From Candidatus Altimarinota bacterium (lineage in GTDB: Bacteria; Patescibacteriota; Gracilibacteria; JBDHUY01): a stretch of 64,000 nucleotides of DNA. This document shows positions 1 to 9,068 of this stretch, one piece after another. Where the stretch lies: assembly GCA_039809385.1 (NCBI GenBank), contig JBDHUY010000009.1:1-64000 (forward strand), written 5' to 3'. Every line of letters begins with the position of its first letter. The first letter of the stretch is position 1. The notes beneath the pieces are model-generated. The model ran no database searches, was not told the DNA's origin, and saw only the letters and a list, made by a program, of their open reading frames with translations. Both the position numbers and the translations under genes were made by a program.

Positions 1-137
1 TTGTTTCAAAGAGCGAAGAAATGATTCATATATCTATCAAACTCTGGCTAGCTCTTACCACCCAAGAGATATTCAAAGCATATCAATCAAAATTCCTATC
101 TATCCTTATGTGAACACTCTCTAATATTTTTTTCAGC

Positions 138-1220
138 ATGGTACCGGCATGGGCCCTCGTTCCCATGATTATTTTGGCCACGATGGCCACGATCATCGCT
201 TCCCAGGCTTTGATATCGGGAGTATTTTCGCTCACATCGCAAGCTATTGCTCTGGGAGTCTTTCCTCGCCTGCGAATAAAATATACCCACCAAGACCATG
301 TCGGTCAGATATATCTGAGCTTTATCAACTGGTCGCTCTATATCGGCTGTGTTCTTTTGGTAATCGCATTCGGATCCAGCACCCGGCTCGCCTCGGCTTA
401 CGGACTGGCAGTCGCAGCAGATATGCTGGTCACTTCAAGCGCGATGTTCGCGGTCTCACAGCTAATCTGGAAATGGCCGTTACTCAAGTCGTTATTGCTG
501 TTCGGGTTCTTCGGTTTGATCGATATCTCTTTTTTAACCGCCAATTCTCTTAAATTCCTCGAAGGAGGTTATGTGCCACTATCGATCGGAATCGTACTTT
601 TCATGATTATGTACACTTGGCGCTGGGGACGTAAAGCGACATTTAAAGCATACAGCGATAAGACCACCATGTCTCTTGGCGAACTTATCAGAAAAAGAAA
701 AGAACTACCGTTTCTGCTAGACCGGACAATGTTGTTTTTGGTCCCTAAAACTCTCTCCTCTTTGGATAACAATACCCCGGCGCTTGTCGAATATTTTTTG
801 AACCGCTATGGTACATTTCCCAAGAATATGTTGTTTGTCAGCGTTTTTACGCTAAAGATTCCCCATATTCATAAGGAAAAAGATCGTTATAAAATAACAA
901 TATTTCAGAACGAAAAAGGTTTCGGCAGCGTAGCAAGCGTTAGCATCAATTTCGGTTTCATGGAAGATCCGAATGTGGAAGAAGTACTGGAAAATCTGGT
1001 CCGTCACGATGAAATAGCGTTACCCGACGATCCTCAGCACTGGAGTATTCTTGCCTCTCAAGAGCGTTTGCTACAAAAGAAAACCAGAAATATCTGGAAG
1101 ATATTCAGGTACCGTCTTTTTCAATTATTGCGACACAATTCCTCGCCATTCTACTATTATTACGGCATGGGACAGAATATGAATATCAATGTGGACATTG
1201 TACCGGTAAAGATCAATTAA
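138..1220 (+). CDS. kup: KUP/HAK/KT potassium transporter, C-terminal ~360 aa only (5'-truncated; possible pseudogene)
   Basis: Kup motifs ATIIASQALISG, GQIY, LASAYGLAV, KFLEGG and FGFME. Homology extends upstream only to NIFFS (~123), with an in-frame TGA at 111-113. Confidence 0.85.
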   Translation: MVPAWALVPMIILATMATIIASQALISGVFSLTSQAIALGVFPRLRIKYTHQDHVGQIYLSFINWSLYIGCVLLVIAFGSSTRLASAYGLAVAADMLVTSSAMFAVSQLIWKWPLLKSLLLFGFFGLIDISFLTANSLKFLEGGYVPLSIGIVLFMIMYTWRWGRKATFKAYSDKTTMSLGELIRKRKELPFLLDRTMLFLVPKTLSSLDNNTPALVEYFLNRYGTFPKNMLFVSVFTLKIPHIHKEKDRYKITIFQNEKGFGSVASVSINFGFMEDPNVEEVLENLVRHDEIALPDDPQHWSILASQERLLQKKTRNIWKIFRYRLFQLLRHNSSPFYYYYGMGQNMNINVDIVPVKIN

Positions 1221-1362
1221 AGATTTCCCCGCACCGGGAATCATGCAAGAGCGGATAGAATAATGGAAGATACGATGAAAAAAAGAACTGTTTTTAAAAC
1301 TTCAGGGCGATTGTACTGTCGTGAAATACGCTCTTAACGACTCGATCCTTCCTTGGGAGACT

Positions 1363-1821
1363 CTAGAGCCCAAACTGACTCAAATGATGATTGAAATGCT
1401 TATACATCAAATAGCCCCATTGCTTTCGCGATAATGCCCCAAACGACGGATGTATGGAAAAAGAAAATGAGCTGTCGCTTTGAACAAACCGGTTAAGTGC
1501 ATCTAGAAGAGATTTCATACCTTCCTCAAACGCTAGCGGAGGGGTAGTCAGTTTTTTGGCATCGAACTCGGGAGCAGTAGGCGGACTTTTCGGCCAGGGA
1601 AAGACATAAATTAGTAAATTTTTCCCTAACCAGGAAGACAAAAATGACTTGGCAGATTTAGCAGGATATTCCCCCAGGGCATTTAAGAGCAGATCACGCA
1701 GGTGCCTTAGTGTTTCCTCAGGGGTCATACTCCCCCATTTTTGCTTTGCATCGGGTGTAAATCGAGATAGCCGAACCAGGATACTTTGACGGGCCTGTTC
1801 ATCGAATACAGTTTTTTTCAT
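1363..1821 (-). CDS. DinB-like / DUF1569 family protein
   Basis: WGSM...L.HL at the N-terminus and HPSFGALS...W...YKHFNHHL.QFG at the C-terminus. Confidence 0.8.
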   Translation of the reverse strand: MKKTVFDEQARQSILVRLSRFTPDAKQKWGSMTPEETLRHLRDLLLNALGEYPAKSAKSFLSSWLGKNLLIYVFPWPKSPPTAPEFDAKKLTTPPLAFEEGMKSLLDALNRFVQSDSSFSFSIHPSFGALSRKQWGYLMYKHFNHHLSQFGL

Positions 1822-2111
1822 AGGATAAAGAAGAAAATAAGAACCTTTGATTTAGCACCACCGCCATTCTATACTACCTTCATACTAACGCATAGTAATC
1901 TTGGATGTTTTCGCTTCACTCAGCAGAAGCTTTTGACTTTTTAGACTTTTAGACTCCTTTAGCCCTGCTGTAGCCAGTAAGCTGCGAACTTGTCAGCTGC
2001 ACCCTAACCTGTAGGAGAAACACCTGATCCCGCTGTACGCTGTTAACTGCCAGCTGTAAGCCTGTCTCCTCTCCCAACTCCGCTCTCCCGACTTCCCCTA
2101 ACTCTCTCCTC

Positions 2112-3395
2112 ATGCCCGCCGCTCCTTCCGGACTCTACCTCATTGACGGAAATTCCCTGATGTACCGCGCCTTTTTCGCCGTACCGCCGTTTAAAACCAG
2201 CAAAGGACTTCCCACTAATGCGATTTTCGGATTTATCAAAATGATCTTCAAATTGCTCAAGAATCAAAACCCCGATTACCTCGGAGTCGTCTTTGATCCG
2301 CCGGGGCCGACCTTCAGAAGCGATTTATTTGAACAATACAAAGCGCATCGTCCCAAAGTTCCGGACGATCTGAGCATCCAGAGAAGTTACCTGCGTCAGG
2401 TCGTAGAAGCCATGCGATTACCCGTGCTGGAACAACCCGGTTTCGAAGCAGACGACGTAATCGGCAGCATGGTAGAAAAATACAAAACACACTGCGGGGT
2501 GATCATTGTCTCGGGAGACAAAGACCTCATGCAGTTCGTCGAAAACGGCAAAGTCTGGCTCTACGACAGCATGAAAGAGGTTTTTTACCAACGGGAAGAA
2601 GTAAAGGCCAAAATGGGGGTCTACCCCGAACAGATCATCGACCTGCTTTCTTTAATGGGCGACACGTCAGACAATATTCCGGGGGTAAAGGGCGTGGGAC
2701 CAAAAACAGCTGAAAAACTGCTGGACGAGTACGGATCTTTACGGGGTGTATATGAACATCTGGATCAGATTACCGGGTCAGTCCAAGCAAAATTAAAGAG
2801 TGAAGAAGAACTGGCTTTTTTGAGCTATAAACTGGCCACTATCAAGACTGATCTGACAATCGACAAACATATCGATGATCTCAAGATTCAGGGATTTGAT
2901 ATTCCTGCCCTGATAGAGCTGTTCACCGAACTGGAATTCTCCTCGCTGAAAAAAGAACTGGAAGGATTCGGTACGTTCGAAGCCAGCCTGTACGAAAAAC
3001 CGAAAAAAATTTATGAAAAGCGGTATACTACGATCATCGATCAAGACGGATTGGAAAAAGTTTTACAGGAAGCGCGTGAGCAGAAGATGCTGGCCATCGA
3101 TACCGAAACCACTTCAACCGACGCGCTGAACGCCGATTTAGTAGGCGTGTCGCTGTCATGTCATCAGAATATCGGGTACTACATACCGATCGCACATGCC
3201 GAATACGATGCCAATCTGGATAAAGCGTATGTTCTGGAAAAGTTGTTCGAGCTGATCGACGACGATCAGATTCTGAAAGTCGGTCACAATATAAAATACG
3301 ATCTGACCGTTCTGGAACAGGAACGAAACCGGTTAAAAACCGGGGCAACGATTCCAAAGAAAAAAGGGATTACCGATCAGATGAATCTACTCTAA
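2112..3395 (+). CDS. polA: DNA polymerase I N-terminal part: 5'-3' exonuclease plus partial 3'-5' exonuclease, no polymerase domain
   Basis: LIDGNS, YKAHR, FEADDVIG, SGDKD and GDTSDNIPGVKGVGPKTA; ExoI AIDTET and ExoII GHNIKYD. Stops after 427 aa in QMNLL. Confidence 0.9.
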   Translation: MPAAPSGLYLIDGNSLMYRAFFAVPPFKTSKGLPTNAIFGFIKMIFKLLKNQNPDYLGVVFDPPGPTFRSDLFEQYKAHRPKVPDDLSIQRSYLRQVVEAMRLPVLEQPGFEADDVIGSMVEKYKTHCGVIIVSGDKDLMQFVENGKVWLYDSMKEVFYQREEVKAKMGVYPEQIIDLLSLMGDTSDNIPGVKGVGPKTAEKLLDEYGSLRGVYEHLDQITGSVQAKLKSEEELAFLSYKLATIKTDLTIDKHIDDLKIQGFDIPALIELFTELEFSSLKKELEGFGTFEASLYEKPKKIYEKRYTTIIDQDGLEKVLQEAREQKMLAIDTETTSTDALNADLVGVSLSCHQNIGYYIPIAHAEYDANLDKAYVLEKLFELIDDDQILKVGHNIKYDLTVLEQERNRLKTGATIPKKKGITDQMNLL

Positions 3396-3632
3396 TGCTA
3401 CGACAAATTAATTCTATAACCTACCGTAATGACGACAGAAATCCTAAATTTGAATATCCAAATCCCAAATAAATTCGAAATACCAATACGCAAACTGCAA
3501 ACATTGCTCTCAATTTAATGTTTCTGGTTTGGTATTTGTGATTTGTTTCGTCCGCCGCAGCGGATAGAGTTTCGGATTTAGGATTTAGCACTAATGTATG
3601 TGGACGAATTACATTGCACTGATACTAGTTGT

Positions 3633-4601
3633 ATGAAGTTTCTAGAAGAACTAAAAAAAACAATTCGGGCTCCGCAAGCGCGGATCGTTTTTGCCGAAAG
3701 CGACGACGAGCGTATTTTGGAAGCGGTTGTACAAATACGCCGCGAAGGTTTTGCTATACCCGTCTTGCTGGGAGAATCCGACAGAATTCACGCAAAAGCA
3801 AAAGAGCAAGAACTGGATCTGGGCAATATAGAAGTAACTCCGATATCAAACGCATCTCAGCAGGACGAGCTGGCCGCACTCCTGTATGAACGGCGCCGGC
3901 ATAAAGGCATGACACCGGAAAAAAGTCTGGAGCTTGTAAAGAATCCGCTCTATTTCGGAGGACTGTTGGTAGAATCCGGGAAAGTCGATGCCATGATCGC
4001 CGGCGCAAGCAATACGACAGCCGATATACTCAAAACAGCGCTTCACACAGTCGGTACAGGACAACAGGAAGGACGGGTTTCGAGCGTTTTTTTGCTGGAA
4101 AAAGAAGATACTCTGCTCTTTTTTGCCGACTGTGCCGTTAACATAGAGCCGAGTGCCGAAGAGCTTGCCCACATCACTCTATCTACTGCCGAAACAGTCG
4201 AGAAACTCGGTATTGAACCGAGAATCGCGCTGCTATCTTTTTCAACCCACGGTTCGGCAACCCATCCGCTTGTGACCAAGGTACAAACTGCGTTACAAAT
4301 CAGTAAAAGTAGTCGTCCGGATCTCATGATTGACGGAGAACTACAGTTCGATGCGGCCTTTATTCCCGAGATCCGAGCACGAAAGGCACCCGGCAGTTTA
4401 CTTACAGGAGCGGCCAACGTCTTTATTTTTCCAGACCTCAATAGTGCCAATATCGGTTATAAAATCGCCGAGCGTTTGGGCGGATTCACAACGGTCGGTC
4501 CCCTCCTGCAGGGCCTCAAGAAACCGATTCACGATCTTTCCCGCGGGTGTAAAACGGAGGATATCGTGAATATGGCCATTATTACGGCGCATCAGATATA
4601 G
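3633..4601 (+). CDS. pta: Phosphate acetyltransferase
   Basis: FADCAVN, ALLSFSTHGS, DGELQFDAA, FPDLNSANIGYK and DLSRG. Start moved to ATG 3633. Confidence 0.93.
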   Translation: MKFLEELKKTIRAPQARIVFAESDDERILEAVVQIRREGFAIPVLLGESDRIHAKAKEQELDLGNIEVTPISNASQQDELAALLYERRRHKGMTPEKSLELVKNPLYFGGLLVESGKVDAMIAGASNTTADILKTALHTVGTGQQEGRVSSVFLLEKEDTLLFFADCAVNIEPSAEELAHITLSTAETVEKLGIEPRIALLSFSTHGSATHPLVTKVQTALQISKSSRPDLMIDGELQFDAAFIPEIRARKAPGSLLTGAANVFIFPDLNSANIGYKIAERLGGFTTVGPLLQGLKKPIHDLSRGCKTEDIVNMAIITAHQI

Positions 4602-4943
4602 CGTGTGAGCTTGCTCCTCGTAATTCGGAAAGGATACGATGCAAATGTTGATTTAATACACGTATACTTAGATTCTCAGTAGTGCTCTTGGAATAAATGG
4701 TGATTGGTACAAGCACCTGCGCAAGCTGCACCACTAAAATAATCATCCGAAAACCGCCGCTTTTTCCCTTGTGAAGCGATTTGGTTGTCAGTCAGATTTT
4801 ATAAGGTTTTTACCGAGATGAATGCTCCTGGTAGGCTGAAACTTCTCGAGTGTTTTAATAATGCTTTCTTTTAGTTCCGGATACTTTTTGGACAGCTTTT
4901 TGAGAGTTTTTTTGAAATGTGGCAGTAATACAATTTGGTACAT
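4582..4943 (-). pseudogene. RelE/HigB-like toxin pseudogene (1-nt deletion plus nonsense codon)
   Basis: Manual translation gives MYQIVLLPHFKKTLKKLSKKYPE...HLGKNL, then a frameshift, then YKI*LTTKSLHKGKSGGFRMII...IYSKS..ENLS. Absent from the ORF track. Confidence 0.75.
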
Positions 4944-4960
4944 CTTTTTCCTTTCAAGTA

Positions 4961-5299
4961 CTACAAATTGTCCAGTTGTTCTCTTATAGAAGGCTGTCTT
5001 TTCCCGGTGAATTTACAGGTAGTTACTTCGCTTATATTGTCGACGAGATTACTAAATTTTATCCATTCCGGATTGGTCTTCAGCAATTTTTGAGCAATAT
5101 CCCAATCGGGATCTCCAGTCAATACCTCTTCAATGATTACTTCCTCGTGATCCAGTTCTGCTTTTTTGCTATCGTTTTGCAGCTCTTTCTCGACCACTTT
5201 TTTGACAAATGTGCTCATATTTTTCAACCGTCTTCGCTTTGTGGCCCTTTCCAATAAAAATGCCTGTTTTTCATTCAGTGAAATAGTGATTTGTACCAT
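4961..5299 (-). CDS. Putative antitoxin with an N-terminal ribbon-helix-helix-like domain
   Basis: QITISLNEKQ..LLE.....MSTFVKKVVEKEL fits the RHH pattern. Lies directly upstream of the toxin remnant. Confidence 0.55.
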   Translation of the reverse strand: MVQITISLNEKQAFLLERATKRRRLKNMSTFVKKVVEKELQNDSKKAELDHEEVIIEEVLTGDPDWDIAQKLLKTNPEWIKFSNLVDNISEVTTCKFTGKRQPSIREQLDNL

Positions 5300-5369
5300 A
5301 AAGTTTGTAGAAGAAATAGAGCCCGAGTATAGTATTAAATATGATTTTGATCAATAGCTTTGATTCCGT

Positions 5370-5687
5370 ATGCTCTGGAAAACTCCGCCCCGTATAAAGG
5401 TCTACGAAGCGCTCGGATGTATTGCCGACGAGCGGATTACATATGATGAAGATACGGCTCGGGTACGCTCCTCAAGCGGAAACAAAACCTACTACGTGGC
5501 ATTTAACGAAGAGAAACAGGCGATCATGTGTAACGATAACGGCTCGTACTGGCAGGGATACTTCGGCTACCCGGCCATTGCTTTTCTGATGATACGGGGA
5601 ATAATTCCCTATACATCTGCCTTTGCCGATAATTTAGCTGGTATCGCGTGGAAAGATATTATTTTCTTATCATTATTGCTCCGATGA
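5370..5687 (+). CDS. Conserved hypothetical protein, possibly C-terminally truncated
   Basis: KVYEALG, SSSGNK and NDNGSYWQGYFGYPAIAFLM. Its stop overlaps the next ATG (ATGA). Confidence 0.6.
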   Translation: MLWKTPPRIKVYEALGCIADERITYDEDTARVRSSSGNKTYYVAFNEEKQAIMCNDNGSYWQGYFGYPAIAFLMIRGIIPYTSAFADNLAGIAWKDIIFLSLLLR

Positions 5688-6202
5688 GATTTCAAATTTC
5701 TCCCTTGAGGAAAACTGTATTCCTCCTTTGTGTCCGCCTGATTTTGGCTGAATGCGCGACACTTCTGTTATTCTTTGGCACTAAGGGAATTTTGAGTTTT
5801 GGGACTATTGGATTAAATTTAGATTTCAATGAAAGCATAGCGATTATATTAGCCGAAAGTACTCTAAGCATCGCCCAGCTGATTGTGATTTTATTGATTG
5901 TACTCCAATGGTCACACGAGAGCTATCAACTGATCGGAAATGAGATTGTCTACCAGAAGGGAATATTCCGACGCAAAGAGCGCCGATACTCTTTGACAAA
6001 TGTTGAATCCATTGAGCTAGTACAACATATCAACGGAAGAATCTTTGGTTTTGGTACGTTAATTATCTACAGCCCGACACTCAAACAAGAGTTGATTATT
6101 CGGGATATACCAGCACCAGAAATGTTCACGGATCAAATCTTTGAAGTCCTCTCGCCGGAAACAAAATCAAAAGTATATGTCCAGCGAAGTAATAGGCGTT
6201 AA
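5684..6202 (+). CDS. Membrane protein with bacterial PH (bPH_2) domain
   Basis: Two TM helices, then Y......I....GIF...ERR..L..V.SI...Q...GRIFGFGTLII and IRDIP.PE. Confidence 0.75.
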   Translation: MRFQISPLRKTVFLLCVRLILAECATLLLFFGTKGILSFGTIGLNLDFNESIAIILAESTLSIAQLIVILLIVLQWSHESYQLIGNEIVYQKGIFRRKERRYSLTNVESIELVQHINGRIFGFGTLIIYSPTLKQELIIRDIPAPEMFTDQIFEVLSPETKSKVYVQRSNRR

Positions 6203-6370
6203 TACAGTTCCTAGTCACTCCAGCTTATTGTAAGTATATGGGCAATTATGCCAGAATAGCCCGGGATACGATGTACTATTGAGCTAGCTAAACTGAGGGA
6301 AAAAGACTCTTCCTCCCAGCGGGTACTAAAGCACCCCGATCTGTGGTATACTGATACGATACTTTTTTCC

Positions 6371-7528
6371 ATGCGCACCACCCTTGTCGTAAATCTCGGA
6401 TCATCTTCGGTCAAATACAAGCTTTTTAAAGGCAGAAACGAGCAGGCGGTTTCGTCTGGTGTGATCGACCGGATCAGTACAGCTCCGCAAGCACGTTTAG
6501 ACAATACGATCATGGAGCTTCCGATTCATAACCACGCTGAGGCCTTGGAATGGCTGAAAGCTTATTTTTTGAATAAAAGAATTATACAAAATGAACAAGA
6601 GGTAGACACAACCATTCATCGAGTTGTGCACGGAGGTGAATATTTCCAGGAACCCGTTCTGGTTGACAACAAGATTTTACAAAAGATCAGGAAACTTTTC
6701 CCGCTTTCGCCTTTGCATAATCCGATCAACTATGCCGGGATACGCACCGTCCAAAAATTGTTCCCCGAGAGCCGTCATGCGGCAGTATTCGATACCGCTT
6801 TTTACGACTCGATTCCAAAAAAAGCCTACCTCTACGGCATACCGTACAAGTACTATCAGCGCTATGGAATAAGGAAATACGGCTTTCACGGGATCAGTCA
6901 TCGCTATATGGGAACCGAAGTGGCCCGGATAATGAAGCAAAAACAGTTACGACATATTTCGTGCCATCTGGGAAACGGCTCATCGATTACAGCGATAAAG
7001 AACGGGAAAGCCATCGATACGACCATGGGGTTTACACCTTTGCAAGGGCTGATCATGGGTACCCGCTCGGGCAGTATCGATCCGGCGATCATCCCTTTTT
7101 TGGAAAAAAAAGAAAAACTGTCTGCTACCCGCATCAATACGATTTTGAACGAACAATCGGGTATATTGGGTTTTTCGGGCATCAGCAGCGACGTGCGAGA
7201 TATCTATACCTTCGTCAAACAGGGAGACGTCCGCGCAAAACTGACCCTGGATATCCTGTCCTATCAGATTACTCAGTTTATCGGACAAATGATCGGCATC
7301 TTGGGAGGTGTCGATGTCATTTCGTTTACGGGGGGCGTCGGACAAAACGCTTTTTATATCCGTTCTGCGGCGCTAAAACCTTTGAACCATATGGGAATAA
7401 TCTTGGACGAATCCAAGAACCGGGCAAATAAAAGCGTTATTTCTGCAAGCGGCTCCTCCACCCGGGTCATGGTATTGGCAACCGACGAAGAACTTGAAAT
7501 GTTTCGGGAATCTCGTGATCTGCTCTAA
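6371..7528 (+). CDS. ackA: Acetate kinase
   Basis: LVVNLGSSSVKY, HRVVHGG, PLHNP, FDTAF, YGFHG, HLGNGSS, TMGFTP and TDEEL. Confidence 0.97.
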   Translation: MRTTLVVNLGSSSVKYKLFKGRNEQAVSSGVIDRISTAPQARLDNTIMELPIHNHAEALEWLKAYFLNKRIIQNEQEVDTTIHRVVHGGEYFQEPVLVDNKILQKIRKLFPLSPLHNPINYAGIRTVQKLFPESRHAAVFDTAFYDSIPKKAYLYGIPYKYYQRYGIRKYGFHGISHRYMGTEVARIMKQKQLRHISCHLGNGSSITAIKNGKAIDTTMGFTPLQGLIMGTRSGSIDPAIIPFLEKKEKLSATRINTILNEQSGILGFSGISSDVRDIYTFVKQGDVRAKLTLDILSYQITQFIGQMIGILGGVDVISFTGGVGQNAFYIRSAALKPLNHMGIILDESKNRANKSVISASGSSTRVMVLATDEELEMFRESRDLL

Positions 7529-7562
7529 AAAAGCAAGAAGTCTCCATTTGAAGCAATTTCCC

Positions 7563-7590
7563 TTGAAAAGCAAAAGCGAGCTGCTATAGT
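7563..7590 (+). promoter_or_regulatory. Putative sigma70 promoter for tRNA-Asp
   Basis: TTGAAA ... TGcTATAGT (extended -10) about 23 nt upstream of the tRNA. Confidence 0.5.
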
Positions 7591-7612
7591 GGGAGAGCGT
7601 TAAAATTCCCAA

Positions 7613-7689
7613 GGGGTGGTAGTTCAGCTGGTTAGAACGCCGCACTGTCACTGCGGAGGTCGCGGGTTCGAGTCCCGTCCATCCCGCCA
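7613..7689 (+). tRNA. tRNA-Asp(GTC)
   Basis: Cloverleaf: acceptor GGGGTGG/CCATCCC, D arm GTTC/GAAC, anticodon arm CCGCA-CTGTCAC-TGCGG, T loop TTCGAGT, encoded CCA. Confidence 0.97.
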
Positions 7690-7836
7690 TTATCGGCCGA
7701 TTTGAATCTATACGAGCAAGATTCTAGTGTTTTTAATAGTGTCTGCAAAGAGACTCGAAGCCGACCCGAGCGCCGAACCGGTGAGGAAAAAAGCGAGGGC
7801 GGCCGGCTGCGGAGGAGCCGCAAGGCGGGGGAGCAG

Positions 7837-7856
7837 GAGTCCCGTCCATCCCGCCA
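7837..7856 (+). repeat. Exact 20-bp duplication of the tRNA-Asp 3' end (att-like)
   Basis: GAGTCCCGTCCATCCCGCCA at 7670-7689 and 7837-7856. Confidence 0.9.
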
Positions 7857-7983
7857 CGTCGTTCATGAATGACGTGGCACGCCATCCTTTCATTGCAATT
7901 TTTACAGGTTGCTTTTTTTCTCTATAATTTAAGCCTATACTAAGCCTGATCACGTTTAGTTATTTTTTAGAGTTATTCTTCTC

Positions 7984-8619
7984 ATGCATATCACCAAATT
8001 CGGACATTCGTGCCTATTCATCGAAGAGCAGGGCTGTCATATTCTGTTAGACCCGGGTGTGTATTCTGTACTCCCTGAAACGTTGCCGAGCATCGACGTA
8101 CTCCTGATTACGCACGAACATCAGGATCATCTGGATCTTACAAGCATTAAACGCATTGTTACCGAAAATCCTCAGATTCGGATATACAGTAATGAAACGG
8201 TCGTTGAAGTGCTGAAAAAAGAAACCATCGAGGCTCGCGCGCTCCAGCACGGGGAAACCGTTACGGAAAAAAATATACCTATCGAAGCATTCGGGCAACA
8301 ACATGCGCTGATTCACAGTTCGATCCCACTCATTCAAAACCGCGGCTTTCTGATTGCCGACCGGCTGTTTTACCCCGGAGACGCGCTTGTACTCCCGAAC
8401 CGTCCCATCGAGCTCTTGGCCTGGCCGAGCTTCGCGCCCTGGATGAGAATCCATGAGGCTTTGGACTATGCGGTGGCGGTAAAGCCGAAAACCTGTTTTC
8501 CGGTACATGACGGCATGTTGAAAAATCCCGCATTTCTGCATCCGCTGATTGGAAAAATCCTGTCCGAAAACGACATTGAGTTCAAACCGCTCGTTCCGGC
8601 AGAAAGAACCGAAATGTAA
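7984..8619 (+). CDS. MBL-fold metallo-hydrolase (UPF0173/UlaG-like)
   Basis: GHSC, LLDP, THEHQDH, GDA and PVH. Confidence 0.85.
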   Translation: MHITKFGHSCLFIEEQGCHILLDPGVYSVLPETLPSIDVLLITHEHQDHLDLTSIKRIVTENPQIRIYSNETVVEVLKKETIEARALQHGETVTEKNIPIEAFGQQHALIHSSIPLIQNRGFLIADRLFYPGDALVLPNRPIELLAWPSFAPWMRIHEALDYAVAVKPKTCFPVHDGMLKNPAFLHPLIGKILSENDIEFKPLVPAERTEM

Positions 8620-8648
8620 TCCGTTATGCGTTTTACCCCTTTTTAGTT

Positions 8649-9068
8649 ATGAGAATACGAGTTTTTAAAGAACAGAAGAAGATCCGGATCGCTAAGAGCG
8701 ATTCGACGGTCAAAGCAGGTTTTCCCTCACCCGCGGGAGACTTCAGTGAAGGCAGTATCGATCTAAACGAGCATCTGATCAAAAATTCTCCGGCGACATT
8801 TATCGTCCAGACCGAAGGAGATTCGATGATCAACGCCGGCATCCTGCCGGGAGACTACCTGATCGTCGACCGGTCGCTGCAGGCGGGAAATAACGACATT
8901 GTCATCGCCCTGATCGATAATGAATTTACCGTCAAACGCTACAAACACGATGAAACGGGAACCCTCTTAGTCCCGGAAAATGACAACTATGCGCCGCTTG
9001 ACCTCCACCAGGCCGGCCAGGTCGAAATCTGGGGTGTGGTGACGGGAGTGGTGCGGAAGATGAAATAG
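8649..9068 (+). CDS. umuD: UmuD (S24 autoprotease subunit of Pol V)
   Basis: AGFPSPA cleavage site, GDSM catalytic Ser and TVKR catalytic Lys. Confidence 0.92.
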   Translation: MRIRVFKEQKKIRIAKSDSTVKAGFPSPAGDFSEGSIDLNEHLIKNSPATFIVQTEGDSMINAGILPGDYLIVDRSLQAGNNDIVIALIDNEFTVKRYKHDETGTLLVPENDNYAPLDLHQAGQVEIWGVVTGVVRKMK

